This document shows, in pieces, positions 28,601 to 40,600 of a DNA stretch of 64,000 nucleotides. The translations under genes were made by a program, and so were the position numbers. The stretch's first letter is position 1; every line of letters starts with the position of its first letter. The stretch is from Phoronis australis (lineage: Eukaryota; Animalia; Phoronida), in contig NMRA01000545.1 of assembly GCA_002633005.1 (NCBI GenBank), positions 93,690-157,689 of the forward strand, written 5' to 3'. The notes beneath the pieces were generated by a model. It was not told the origin of the DNA, did no database searches, and saw only the letters and a list, made by a program, of their open reading frames with translations.

Positions 28601-31600
28601 CAGAATAGAAGGAATGCAGCAGATACAGACAGAAGTAAGTCGTTTAACTGTTCATCACCTGTTGCTATCAGTGATGTTAAACAATATCGTAGAAACCAAA
28701 TTCAGTGTTTTATCGTTTAAGGTAGGCCTCAAGATGCGTTGTAAAGTTGACAAAATAGAGCTTGAATATATTAACGGACTTTGTCATCGTGAATCTTAAA
28801 GTCAGCACAGACGGAAAGCTACGACTCACATCAAGGCGTGAATATACAACAACAATTGAATGAACTAAATCCCAGTTCATTCAGCTAGTATAGTCATGCT
28901 GTAAGTTGTCATTTCAGCTGTCGTTTACTTGAGGTTAGCCAACTCAATGCGTAGATCTCTGTTTGTGCTGGTGCTCAGTTATAGATGGGATAAGCGAGAA
29001 CTCCCATCTCCAGTTTAACTACAAGGACATTTTAGTGGACTGAACTAGTCGTTCATCGTGCTACTACATACCTGCATTTGAACCATCGTAGTTGGCATTA
29101 ATCGTTGAGAGAGGATAGTGACCATAAATGCCGTCTATAATACCCGGAGACGAACAATCCTTTCCGTCGAACTTGATGGTGTACTTAACCATGCCTATTC
29201 CAGCGTAACGCGCATTGACTATATAGATCACATGAATGGCTGTGGCTGGGTCGCGTTTGTAATAGTCAAAAGACTGCAAATTGACAAATTGTGGTCTATT
29301 ACATACCAGGAAATATAGCGTCGAAATGTTGTTCACGAGAAGGAGTTTGAGTATTTGCTGCAAAGAAAATCTCAACACTACATGTATGAACAGAATGGCT
29401 GGATTAAAAATAGTTTATGGAATGGTTTACCCTGCTTACCACTCAGTGGGTGATAATGAATGACTCGACTGATGCTGAAAATGCATCGGCGATGACGAGA
29501 AAAACTTGCGACTGTAAATCCTTTGAGGACACTTCACCTACCACTTCAGTTCAGGTGTGTACACCACAGAAGAATTTCAAAGAGAACTTCATGTGGCTTT
29601 GCAGACGCTTCATCAGCAGTTTTTATTTTCTATTTTTTTTCAAACATGTGTTACAGCATAATTATATACACATTCACACATACACGTATTTGCACGATCA
29701 CACAATGGAACTCCACGTAGACACGTGCATAAAAGTTGAAACCCACCCATATCCACAAACATATATGCACCTAGGGAAAGAGGGTCATTTGCAACTCAAA
29801 ACATTTTAAAATAAATATACCGTAGGGGCCCATCTTTTACTTAAGTCTAAAAATGTTGAATGTTTTTCAACATTAAAGGAGATCTCAAATCCTTACCTTC
29901 CATGCAAGATATTATATGTAAATTGGGAGTTGTTAGTTTTATTTATTAAAGAAACGTTGAAAGAAAATACCAAGCACACGAAGATAATGACATGAATAAT
30001 CACAGCGAAACTGTTCACATCTATGTGTGGAATATTCATGATTTCTTTTTTACAAGTCCACGTGATTACAGCGTTGTTTAGTACGCATGATATATTTCAG
30101 TGATTCCCAAGGATTTCAAAATACATAGTTTCATGGCCAAAAATTTAATATTTTAGAAAATACTTCGAGAAACCTGACCGTTAGTTATAGAAATAGTCAA
30201 TTGTCTCCTTTTTAAAATGTATTCAAAATGAGTAAGTAATTATAAGTGAACTATCTTCTGTTCCACAATCTAATTAAAATGAAAATATTCTACACGTTTT
30301 CAATAAAAATTCTTAGTAATGCCGTTCATATCTTATGGGCTTTCATGCTAAGCAGAAGAGTTACGGAATGACTCATTTACATCGCGCAAAGCATGGCTTA
30401 CATTTGGAAAGTTAAGAAAGCAATTAATTGGACTGTTTCAGTGGATTGCATTGGTAAAAAATGAGTTGAAAATATATTTAAAACGTTCAGTAAGTACTGC
30501 ATCAGTGCGATACACTGAGAGTCATCTCACACCGTCTCATTAAGGGAATGTTTCCCGTTGGCTGACTGCTGAAATGCAAACACTTAAGGCATCTTACTCA
30601 AACGATGCCTAAATCTTTTTAATTTGTGATTAAATTGTTTTCCATGCCCAAGCACCATTGAACGCACCACAAAGTAAAAAGTGCCTCTAAACGATGTCAA
30701 TTTTGATGTGTTGGACCAGTTCATCCAAATCAGTGGCAGATCACTGATGGAAATCGCTTTCTCCGTTTCTTAGAAATGAGCACCAAAACAGAAGGTACAA
30801 TNATTTGCTGTATTTTGAAGTGAATATCTTTTTATGGGGATACACTATCGCCCCTGTATGCCTGCGCCATTCAGGCCTAGAGCGGGTTAAGTTCCAATTT
30901 CAGTCCGTTCACAGCTTCGCACAATATAACAAGGTCACATTTTCTTCGTCTATTCACAGTTATTCCACGACCCATCTACCATATCTTAAGTCGTTTTAAC
31001 GTTTTAAGCGTAAAATTCACCATAAGAACTCCAATAAGTTTTAGCGTGTGTAGCAAAGACTCGGGGCAAAACAAGAGCAATATGGCGGGTTTTGCCCCCT
31101 TTCCGGTGACGTCACAGTGACTAGCGAGAAACTCGCAAGTGAGCTATTACCACTGTCAATACAAAGAAAATTGACCGTCGTTATGAGGTTGCACATTTTT
31201 GGGCAAAGATGTGAAAAACATGGTGCAGACTTACGTAGAGAAGGCCATTGTCCTCAGATTTCTCTTCTTTCCAGGCGTACTGTACAATGTTAAATCGTGA
31301 AAAGCCAGGGCATGTACCTGCAATGGATAACCTAATATAGTGGAAGGCTTATTGGAATTCCGATGCATATCCAATACCTGTGGTAAGTTCACATAGGGGG
31401 GCAGCCCCCCTCCTCCTTCGCTGCTGGAAAAAAATAAAACAGCCAGAGCGTGAGGAAATATTGAGATCACTTTTGCAATGGACCACGGTGAATGTATGTC
31501 TAAACATTGACATTTTTCCTGAGGTGAGCCAATTTCGGTGAAACGTGCGCCTATTGTCTGCTAAAGGTACAAAGAAAAAGAAGATAGATTGAAATCTCGT

Positions 31601-34600
31601 CCACGAAAAATGAAAATTAGTAGAAAATCAAAAATTAGCGCATCAGTGGCGAAATCAAGTTCGAAATATTGGCAATTTTTAAGGAGAATAAAATGCAGTA
31701 TACCTGGGCAGTAACTCCACCTTTTATCCGTGTCATAATTTGAGGTCGTGCTACACCAGTGCTTGTCCTTTCCGACGTCAGCGCACGCGCTGTACGACTT
31801 GCCGTTGTAAACAAAAGGAAAAACACACGCTTCCCCACTGGCAGTGCCTCCGTGCGTTTGTGGATGATTACCTGCAGTGTCAAGACACACGTGGATGAGA
31901 AATGTAATACAAACACTACATTAGCAGGTGTGAGTATTATGTTAGTTTTTGAAAATATTAAACTCTTCTGTGCTTATTTTCCTATAGGTACACTGTACTC
32001 ACGCGCACAATGAGAACGTACCACGATGAATGATACGTGTCCAAAACCCAAAAATGGTCCAGGACCCGTGACCACCAAAGTTTACCCAGACCCTTAAATT
32101 ACTCAGAACTTTTTACTCCACTTAGGCGTAGGAAAGTTTGGTTTAGTGAGGCAGAATGAAAAAAAAATGAGCCCAACCCTCCACTCACTCCCCGCGACTA
32201 CATTGTGTTACGACTACGAGTCTACCCAGTTTCGCCACGAGAATGACAGGGAAGTGAAGAACCGGCCAACAGCCGAGAGCAATATCCGCCGGGGCACCCG
32301 AGACCGCCCGGTCGGCGTTATTTAAGTCGAATGGAAAACCGGGATTGTCTCACGTGCTCGGTCAACAATAATTCCCCTTCGGGCAATCCTGAGTAAGCTC
32401 TCCACCAAAGGTAGGCAATGACCATTGCCTCTATTGGTCCGACCAGAGGCGAGCCAGCTCCTATAGGCGCTCCATACGCCGGAAGCTTTTCGGCGAATTA
32501 TGCCTCGCATCGACTAGCTAAAACATCAAATTCACGTTGTTATAAATACCTTTTGCGCATAGAGAAACACCTTCATTAGAAGGTTGTCTATGTGTCTAAT
32601 TCCTTCCAACTCGAACAAATTATACTCCCGTTATCAAACTTTTTTCTTCGAGCAGTCCCTATTTCAGTTCCCAAAATCGAAAACTCACCATTTTCACTCG
32701 GCGCACGCCAAGAGATTTGACCTCATTCTTTTAACCAGGCCGAAGGTCAGAACTTGCGGACCTACCAGCGAACTTTGAAAGCTGAAGTCCCCGTCCTCTG
32801 CGTACGTGCTGCCGGGAACCAGCCGTGCATTTGCGGTGTTGTTAAACATTAAAATGTCAAATATGTGCACAAATTCTATTAAATGTCATATCAACAGCAT
32901 TTATTTTATCAAATGCAAACAATAATTCATTGAAATACAGTTTCAAGTAACGCCAATTAAAGGCAAGTAGTGGTGGCATTTTGGAAACGAACATTTGACT
33001 GACAAGACCGCAATGGCTCACCTTTGGCCTATTTAAAGATTGAGGTCATGAAGTCACATCACCTAGCGAGCGCGGTAAAAACTGGAGCGTGCGCAGTATA
33101 AAAATGGTGAGTTCACGATTTTGGGAACTGAAATAGGGACTGCTGGAAGAAAAAGTTTGATAAGGGAGTATATGTTCGAGTTGGAAGGAATTAAATACAT
33201 CGACAACCTCCTAAGGTGCTCCTCTATGCGCAAAAGGTATTTATAACAACGTGACTTTGATGTTTTAGTCGGTGCGAGGCATAATTCGTCGTAAAGCTTC
33301 CGGCGTATGGAGCGCCTATAGGAGCTGCATCGCCTCTGGTCGGGCCAACAGAGGCGATAGTCATTGCCTACACCAAAAGCAGAGGCAGACGACCGGCACG
33401 CGTTACTTGTGCATGACTAATGAACAGGGCTCTTCCGATTTTTGTTAAACTCCCGTCTCTTTACTTCCTGTAGTATTTTGAGTACGTGCTAAGATGTGTG
33501 CATGACGACCGTGGTGACTTGGATATTTAGTTTACCAGGTCTCCAAAGAAAATCTAAGGTCGCATTGGCGTCGTGCGTGTTGCCAAATCGAACCCTATGC
33601 TACGTAGTGTACAATATCTTACATGCCTAAAGATTTGTCTAGATTTCAGGTTTGAACACATTAGCCTGTGATTTTTGAACACCAAGTATGAGACTTTGTC
33701 AACTACTTCAGTCATGTAGTACCAATTTGAAACTGGGATCGCGTAACCAAGTCCTGGCAGCGTTCATGTACACTTTGGAGCGAGACATGGATGGTTCAAA
33801 ATTACGAAAGTTTTTCTATCACGTAAGCCCACGGGCCGACTAGGTAACGAAACTGTGCAGAGTCGAGGTTTCGGTAATTCGAACTAACATCAGATGGTTA
33901 AGCAAACGATCGTTGTGCCGAGATTTGGTGTATTTCGGCCCTGGAAAATGGATGACTGCAAGATTGTTAAGGCACCCGCCAACACCACCACCACTACCAC
34001 CACCAGCATCACCACCAACACCACCATCACCACCGAGTTGTTCCTGTGTTCTGTGACTGTAGGATATTTAATTCAGTGACTGAGTGTCACAGCCAGTTGC
34101 TGCATTAACTTACCAAAGCCATGGCGGATGTCGTTTTCCTCGACTGTAAGCGATGCGCCAACATTCTCGCCACTAAAGCCTGTGTTGCAGTCTCCAATGT
34201 AGCCAGAACAAGGCATGACGTTGAGCTTCACACCGATTTTCCCTGCTGTGAAATTATTGCAAATACCATCGACTGAAATACAAACAGAAGTGACAATATT
34301 GAGAATTTTAAAAGAAGAAACCAGAAAACTGTCAATATCTAACACCACAAAGCACTTGATTTATACAAATATACGAGTCTGAAAAACAAAGCAGGCAACA
34401 GAGTTTTACAAGTTTTGTGCATTTTTAGTAGACAACCAAGTGCTGTATCTTCACAACGCAATATCAGGAAGTCAACCATTTTAAGGAATCAATCCATTTA
34501 TTTACAGAATTTAGGGCATTGGTCCACACGCAATATAAAATGATGAGAAACTTTATTTGCTTGAGGACTGTGGCGTGACAAACAAATTTCATATGGTTAA

Positions 34601-37600
34601 TTCGATTCGTAGGTTCCGCTGTTTTCATTGACTTTGTAAATTTATACTTGTTTGGTTCAGGCCAGCACCTCCCAGGTGTAAAACCAGTTTTCAGAGTATA
34701 GTACTTGCTAAAACGAAATGATATTCATGCTCAATTTTCGACATACAGAAGCAGCACACTACTTTTCTCTATCATCAAGTTATGATTAGAGCAACATAAT
34801 TTAGCCATAGCTGTTGTAAACATCTACGGAATGACAAGCAACAAGCAGGTCTCCATTTAAAAGGCAATTTTAAATGAGGAATGTTTCCATTCACTAATTC
34901 TTTAGCTATTCTCTACAGCAGAGTTACAGTCTTGCAAAAACAATATTTAATTCGCTGCTCAAAAATACTATTATATTTCAAAGCCAACCGCTGATTGTAC
35001 CTTACCATCCTAAAACATCTTTGCTGCAAATTCCTGACAGATAAAGCTCAACTTAGAATTGGTGTTTTGTGGTACCTCGAATGCTTGAGCTAGCTCAATT
35101 TTGGCAAGCCCTTTCCCGAGTGCAGTTTTCTGTCATGGGTCACTCGGTGCTCAGTGTGCACGGATTGTTTATTTTAGCTCAATTTAAGCCGGTACCTGGA
35201 ACATCTAATCTGGCTAAAATTTCAACAGCGTTCCGTGATTGAGGTGATTGTGGGGTTTCTGCATAGGCAGATTTAGGGGGGCCCAGGGCCCCCCCCCTTG
35301 GCTGCCGCAAAAAATAAAACAGCAAGAGGGTAGGGAAATGTTGAGTTTATTAATTAACCCCGGTAATTAAAATTATACGGATGAAACAAGGTTTAAATGT
35401 GAGCACTTTTACTGTATGGGGGGCTCAGATCCAATTTCAAGTGTCAAAGTCGGAACACGGCGCAATCGTAACGGAACTATGGCTAAATGTAGGCTCTCCC
35501 GCGATATCCCAGACGACCGGCAGTGGCGCTGCGCAATACGACCCCGTTTCCGTCGTCTGCTCCACTGCGCAATGAAGAAAATTACTTAATTTTTTAAAGA
35601 AAATGGAAGTTGAGTGACGATGAAAAAACAGAAGCTGCGGGTAAGATGTGAATTTTAATGGAAACCTTAAAGAATCACTCAGAAACTCATAATTCTCTCT
35701 TTGTCAAACCTTAACTGTGACGATTTCCAAAGCAATCGCGTCATTATTGCCAACACGAGAAATTTATTTGGTCTTTTGGGCAATTGAAGACTATTTTAAT
35801 TCCAACAAATTTGTTACGAACCTATTGCACAAAATATAAAACGTGTAATAACCATTACAAAAAAGTAGGTTTCGTGCGCAAACGCTGTGGACTATAAACA
35901 AGTAGGTCTCTTTGAATCTAATTAAGAGTTAAATCGTGGTGGTGTAGTGGTAAAGCACGCGCGCTCTATCCACCAGGTCGTGGGTTCGTGGTTAATGCAG
36001 TTTTTCCTGTTGGACACGTTCTCCGTGTTTTTTTTTGCCTTTTTTTCTTGGATAATACTTCAGGAATCAAGGAAAAAAAAAGGAAAATGCTTGATTTTTA
36101 GAGGAAAAACATGAAAAATTTCCTGGGCGGGAGGGGGGCAAACCCCACTGTTCTGGTAGGCCCAATCCAGAGTGTATTATGTAAATCATAGCATATTTAG
36201 TGACCAGTTGCCTGTACTGAATCATGCGAAATAGATTTTTATGGCACCTCGAATGCTGGCTCAATTTTGAGGGATCCCGTTCGTATTTCTGGCGTAACCT
36301 TTCCAGAGAGCAAATTGTCTGTCATGGAACATTTAGTACTCAGAGTGGTGCAAATATTGAGTTTATATCCGATTTTACCAGTGGCAAAAATTTTTATTGT
36401 GGCTCAATTTTTGCCCCCCTCGTAAGGTCCCGAGGGAGGGGCTACCTCCAGAGTGCAGACACAGCCAGGCATTCATTTCTGTACTAATACTTGGCTGAGC
36501 GCTAACTTATGAGACTCGCGACGTGACAATTTGTTGCTGCTGTAGACAAGTTATGGCGGTTACGATGATCAGTGGGCCTGAAGCGTTATCAATTATTGCG
36601 AAAGAACCCTCCACTCCGGTTAAGACCTGCTCCAGCGCCGCCCCAGATCGTTGCCCATTCCGTCTCCTAGACAGTATTTGTAGTTTCAAACCATATAGTA
36701 ATGCCGCATCACTTCGAACTGCTTTCCACTTGCGTTCTTATGTTATTATGGGGCGACTGTATTTTCAAGGTGAGTCTACTCCTTTTTGCGGAGGCCTCTA
36801 GCTGATTTAGTTAAAAATCTGGAACTGGGTCCAATCCATCGCAATATCTGACGCTTAGCTGAACACCAAGTCGCGAAATGCGACTTAGCGAAATTCCCAC
36901 ATCGCCAAATGAAAACTGAGGTCGCCAAAACTGAGGTGGGAAGTCGACGACCAAAAAAATGAAAAAATGAAACAAGAAGGTCGTGACGCTGTCTCCATTA
37001 TTCAAAATTACGCATAATCTCGTCTATGTCCAATATACAGAACGAAGACCAACGGGAACACTGGAGGCGAGTGTTTCGTGGTCCGATTTGCCTGGTTTTA
37101 CCGAATAATTCCGTCTTTCGTCTGTTTACTTTCTGTTGCAATTTGAGCGCGTGTTTGATATGTGCTCACTGGTCAGAGTGGCAAATGCCCTGATTTTACG
37201 AAACAAACGGACGATTGTGAACTAAAAGTATTAAATCTGGAAAAAAAATTATTAATTTAACCTCTGGAAGTCACACAAATTTTGAAGGAAATTTCGGGAG
37301 AATTATTGTTTGACTTTTTACTCGCTGTGGCGACTCCGTGGCCATTTTTCGCAGCTCGCTAAACACTCTCAAATCGCACTGGTGAGCTGCAAGTCGCTAA
37401 ACGAAGCACTACATTGTGACTCGGGGGCCTGAAACTTAAAGGAGTATGCCACCCAAAAAACAACCTAATTTGTATCAATTTAGATCGAGTAGTTTTACTC
37501 CATAACGACACGTACGGTTGCGTTACCTGACAGCTGACGGCAGACGGAGGTGTTGAAATTATACAATGACGTCATCGGTTTCCCACGCAGTCTGTTCCGC

Positions 37601-40600
37601 AGTTCACAACACGGGTTACTGGTGTCAGCTTATCGCTTGAAGTCATCGTTTAACACCAATAAATCATCAAACTTCGATGTAAAACCATTAAAAATACACC
37701 GAGTTCTTATAAAAACGTGTTGTTTTATTTCGATGTTACGGATTTATTGGTATTTGGACACACCGTAGACTACAAAGTTCGGCAGGCCACTAAGGTCCGT
37801 AGCAGGAGTTTGGGATCTGCATTTTCCGTGAGATACAGACAGGAGAACCTAGATCTGTGTTGTTTAAACTTGTGATTTTTTGAGTTCTAAACACAGAACG
37901 CTTGTTAGCCTGGTCAGTGGCTCGGAGCCCGATGATCAGGTCCGTCGCGACCGGCCGGATTGACTCGTTATCCCCGCCAGTGGCTCGGAAACTGATCAGA
38001 CATCACGAATATAAACCAGCCAAAGTTCAGTGGAAACTAAACTTCCAGTCAAGAAAATATTATATTAGTGAGCCAAAGTAATGTGCACCTGATTATGTTG
38101 GTGAATTAGCCACGAAACTGCAAATCTACTTACTCGTCGGGGGCCGCAAATTCAGGTTCCGCTTTGGCCACAGCAACGTCAGGCTAGAAGTTGTACATTG
38201 ACAATCATTATTTGAGTAATGTAAATGTAAATAAAGATTCCCCTAACACCTGGCCGTGGGATGGAAATCGAGCTGTTTCACAACAGTTTCTGCCGGCAAA
38301 CACTAAATTAGCATGAACTCACATGGCCTAGGTGTCCCGCAATTAGCTTTATTGCACCTAAAGCCGGTAACAGAGTGATTTATTCATTGCTGGCTTCTCA
38401 AATCATTTGCACTCACGAACACTCCAAAGGCATTACAAATTGCATCTAATGAGACAGACTTAGTTTCAGTTTTATATAAGTATTGGTCAGGGTGAGATTA
38501 AGTCATTTTGAAACAGAACGCTCAGTAATTAATGCCAACATGGCAACTCGCAATCCCGACTTAGGACGAGCTAGAGCTCATCAGTCCCGACTTCGCAGGT
38601 GGATCGTTAAAGGCTAATGCCACCCGATGTAATTAGTCTTTTTTGCCGTCTTAATCGGTCTATTTCCACATCGCCTCGCGTACGGTCGACCTTACCTTGC
38701 CAAGAGGTGTCGCGTTAACCTGTGAGGAAGATGAGAAACGACGCTAGCGACGTCAGTGGTTCATATGCATAATGAATGCCGCTATGTTGCGGTGTATCGT
38801 TCCCGCTTGTCCGAACTAAGCAGCTGCGAGGAAAGCGAGTATATCGTTTTTTTTTTTACTTCCTCGAGAGTCCGAAATGCTTAGGAAGTTGCTCATGGTA
38901 GTGAAGAATGAAATGTACGCTGTAAATAGCAAGTATGACATCTCCGTGTCTGTGTCCTGCAGACCGCAACGTCGACAGTGCCTCACGAATGCCGGCTTAC
39001 CAAATAACTCCATACGTTCCGTTGTCAGAGCTTGTTCACGGCGCCTCTTTAGTATTTCTTCATCACTGTATTCCTGTTCGAATTGATAGCCTGTAAGACT
39101 TAACGATCCACCTGCGAAATCGGGGTTGATGAGCCGCTCTAGCTCGTCCTAAGTCGGGATTGCGAGTTGCCATGTTGGCGTTTATTACTTACCGTTCTGT
39201 TTCAAAATGAATTATTCTCAATCTAACCAATACTTATATAAAAGTGAAACAAAGTCTGTCTCATTAGATGTAATTTGAAATGCTTTTGGAGTGTTCGTGA
39301 GTGCACGAAATGATTTCAGAAGCCAGCAATGAATAGTCACTGCGTTACCGGCTTTAGGTGCAATAAAACTAATTGACGGGACACCGAGGCCGTGTGAGCT
39401 CTAATTTAGTGTTTGCTGACAGAAACTGTTGTGAAACAATTCGATTTCCACCCCACGACCAGGTGTTAGGGGAATCTTTATTTACATTTACATTACTCAA
39501 ATAATGATTGTCAATGTACAACTTCTGCCCTGACGGTGCTGTGGCCAAAACGGAACTGAATTGGCGGCCCCCGACGAGTAAGTAGATTTGCATTTTCGTG
39601 GTTAATTCACCAACATAATCACGTGCACATTACTTTGGCTCACTAGTATAGTTTTTTCTTGACTGGAAGCTTAGTTTCCACTGAACTTTGGCTGGTTTGT
39701 TCGTGTTTCTGATCAGTTTCCGAGCCACTGGCCAGGATAACGAGTCAATCCGGCCGGCCGCTGACGGGCCTGATCAGGCTCCGAGCCACTGGCCAGGATA
39801 ACGAGCGTTTTGTGTATAGAAATCAGAAAATCACAAATCTAAACAACACAGATCTAGGTTCTCCTGTCTGTATCTCACGGAAAACACTTCGAAATTATCT
39901 CCAAACACACCCCAAACTCCTGCTACGGACCTGATTGGCCTGCCGAATTTTGTAGGCTACGGTTTGTCCAATTACCAATAAATCCGTAAGAACGAAATAA
40001 AACAACACGTTTTTGTAAGAACTCGGTGTATTTTTAAGGGTTTTACATCGAAGTTTGATGATTTATTGGTGCTAAACGATGACTCCAAGCGATAAGCTGA
40101 CACCAGTAACCCGTGTTGTGAACTGCTGAACAGAACGCGTGTGAAACCGATGACGTAATTGGATAATTTCAACACCTCCGTCTGCCGTCAGGTGTCAGGT
40201 AACGCAACCGCACGTGTCGTTATGGAGTAGAACTACTCGATCTAAATTGATACAAATTGGGTTGTTTTTTGGGTGGCATGCTCCTTTAAGATTAAATAGC
40301 TTCACGATAAATCCATACTTAGGACGTATTGTGTTCCCACTGATTTTATTAACTCTATACAACATTGCTCGTGGTTACTGTTGGCAGTTTTGTTGCCAAT
40401 AATTTAATATAATTCTTATTTTGAATACAAAATCATAAACTGAAACTTACCCGTTCTCTTTAGAGGTTCAGAATTACTGAAATGTCGAGATAGTAAAAGC
40501 TATTGGAAATTCACATCAATTGCATTTTTGGAAACTATACTTGTTTCTTCACGAGGAACTTCTTTTATAAGAACTACTTACTACGTGAAGGTCTATAGTA

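Noticed and set aside
35936-35990. tRNA gene
   Set aside because: It has only A/B-box-like motifs and no acceptor stem, so it is treated as a SINE relic.
37550-40175. Paired similar ORFs at 37550-37768 (+) and 39972-40175 (-)
   Set aside because: They are mirror translations of the inverted repeat arms with no protein features.
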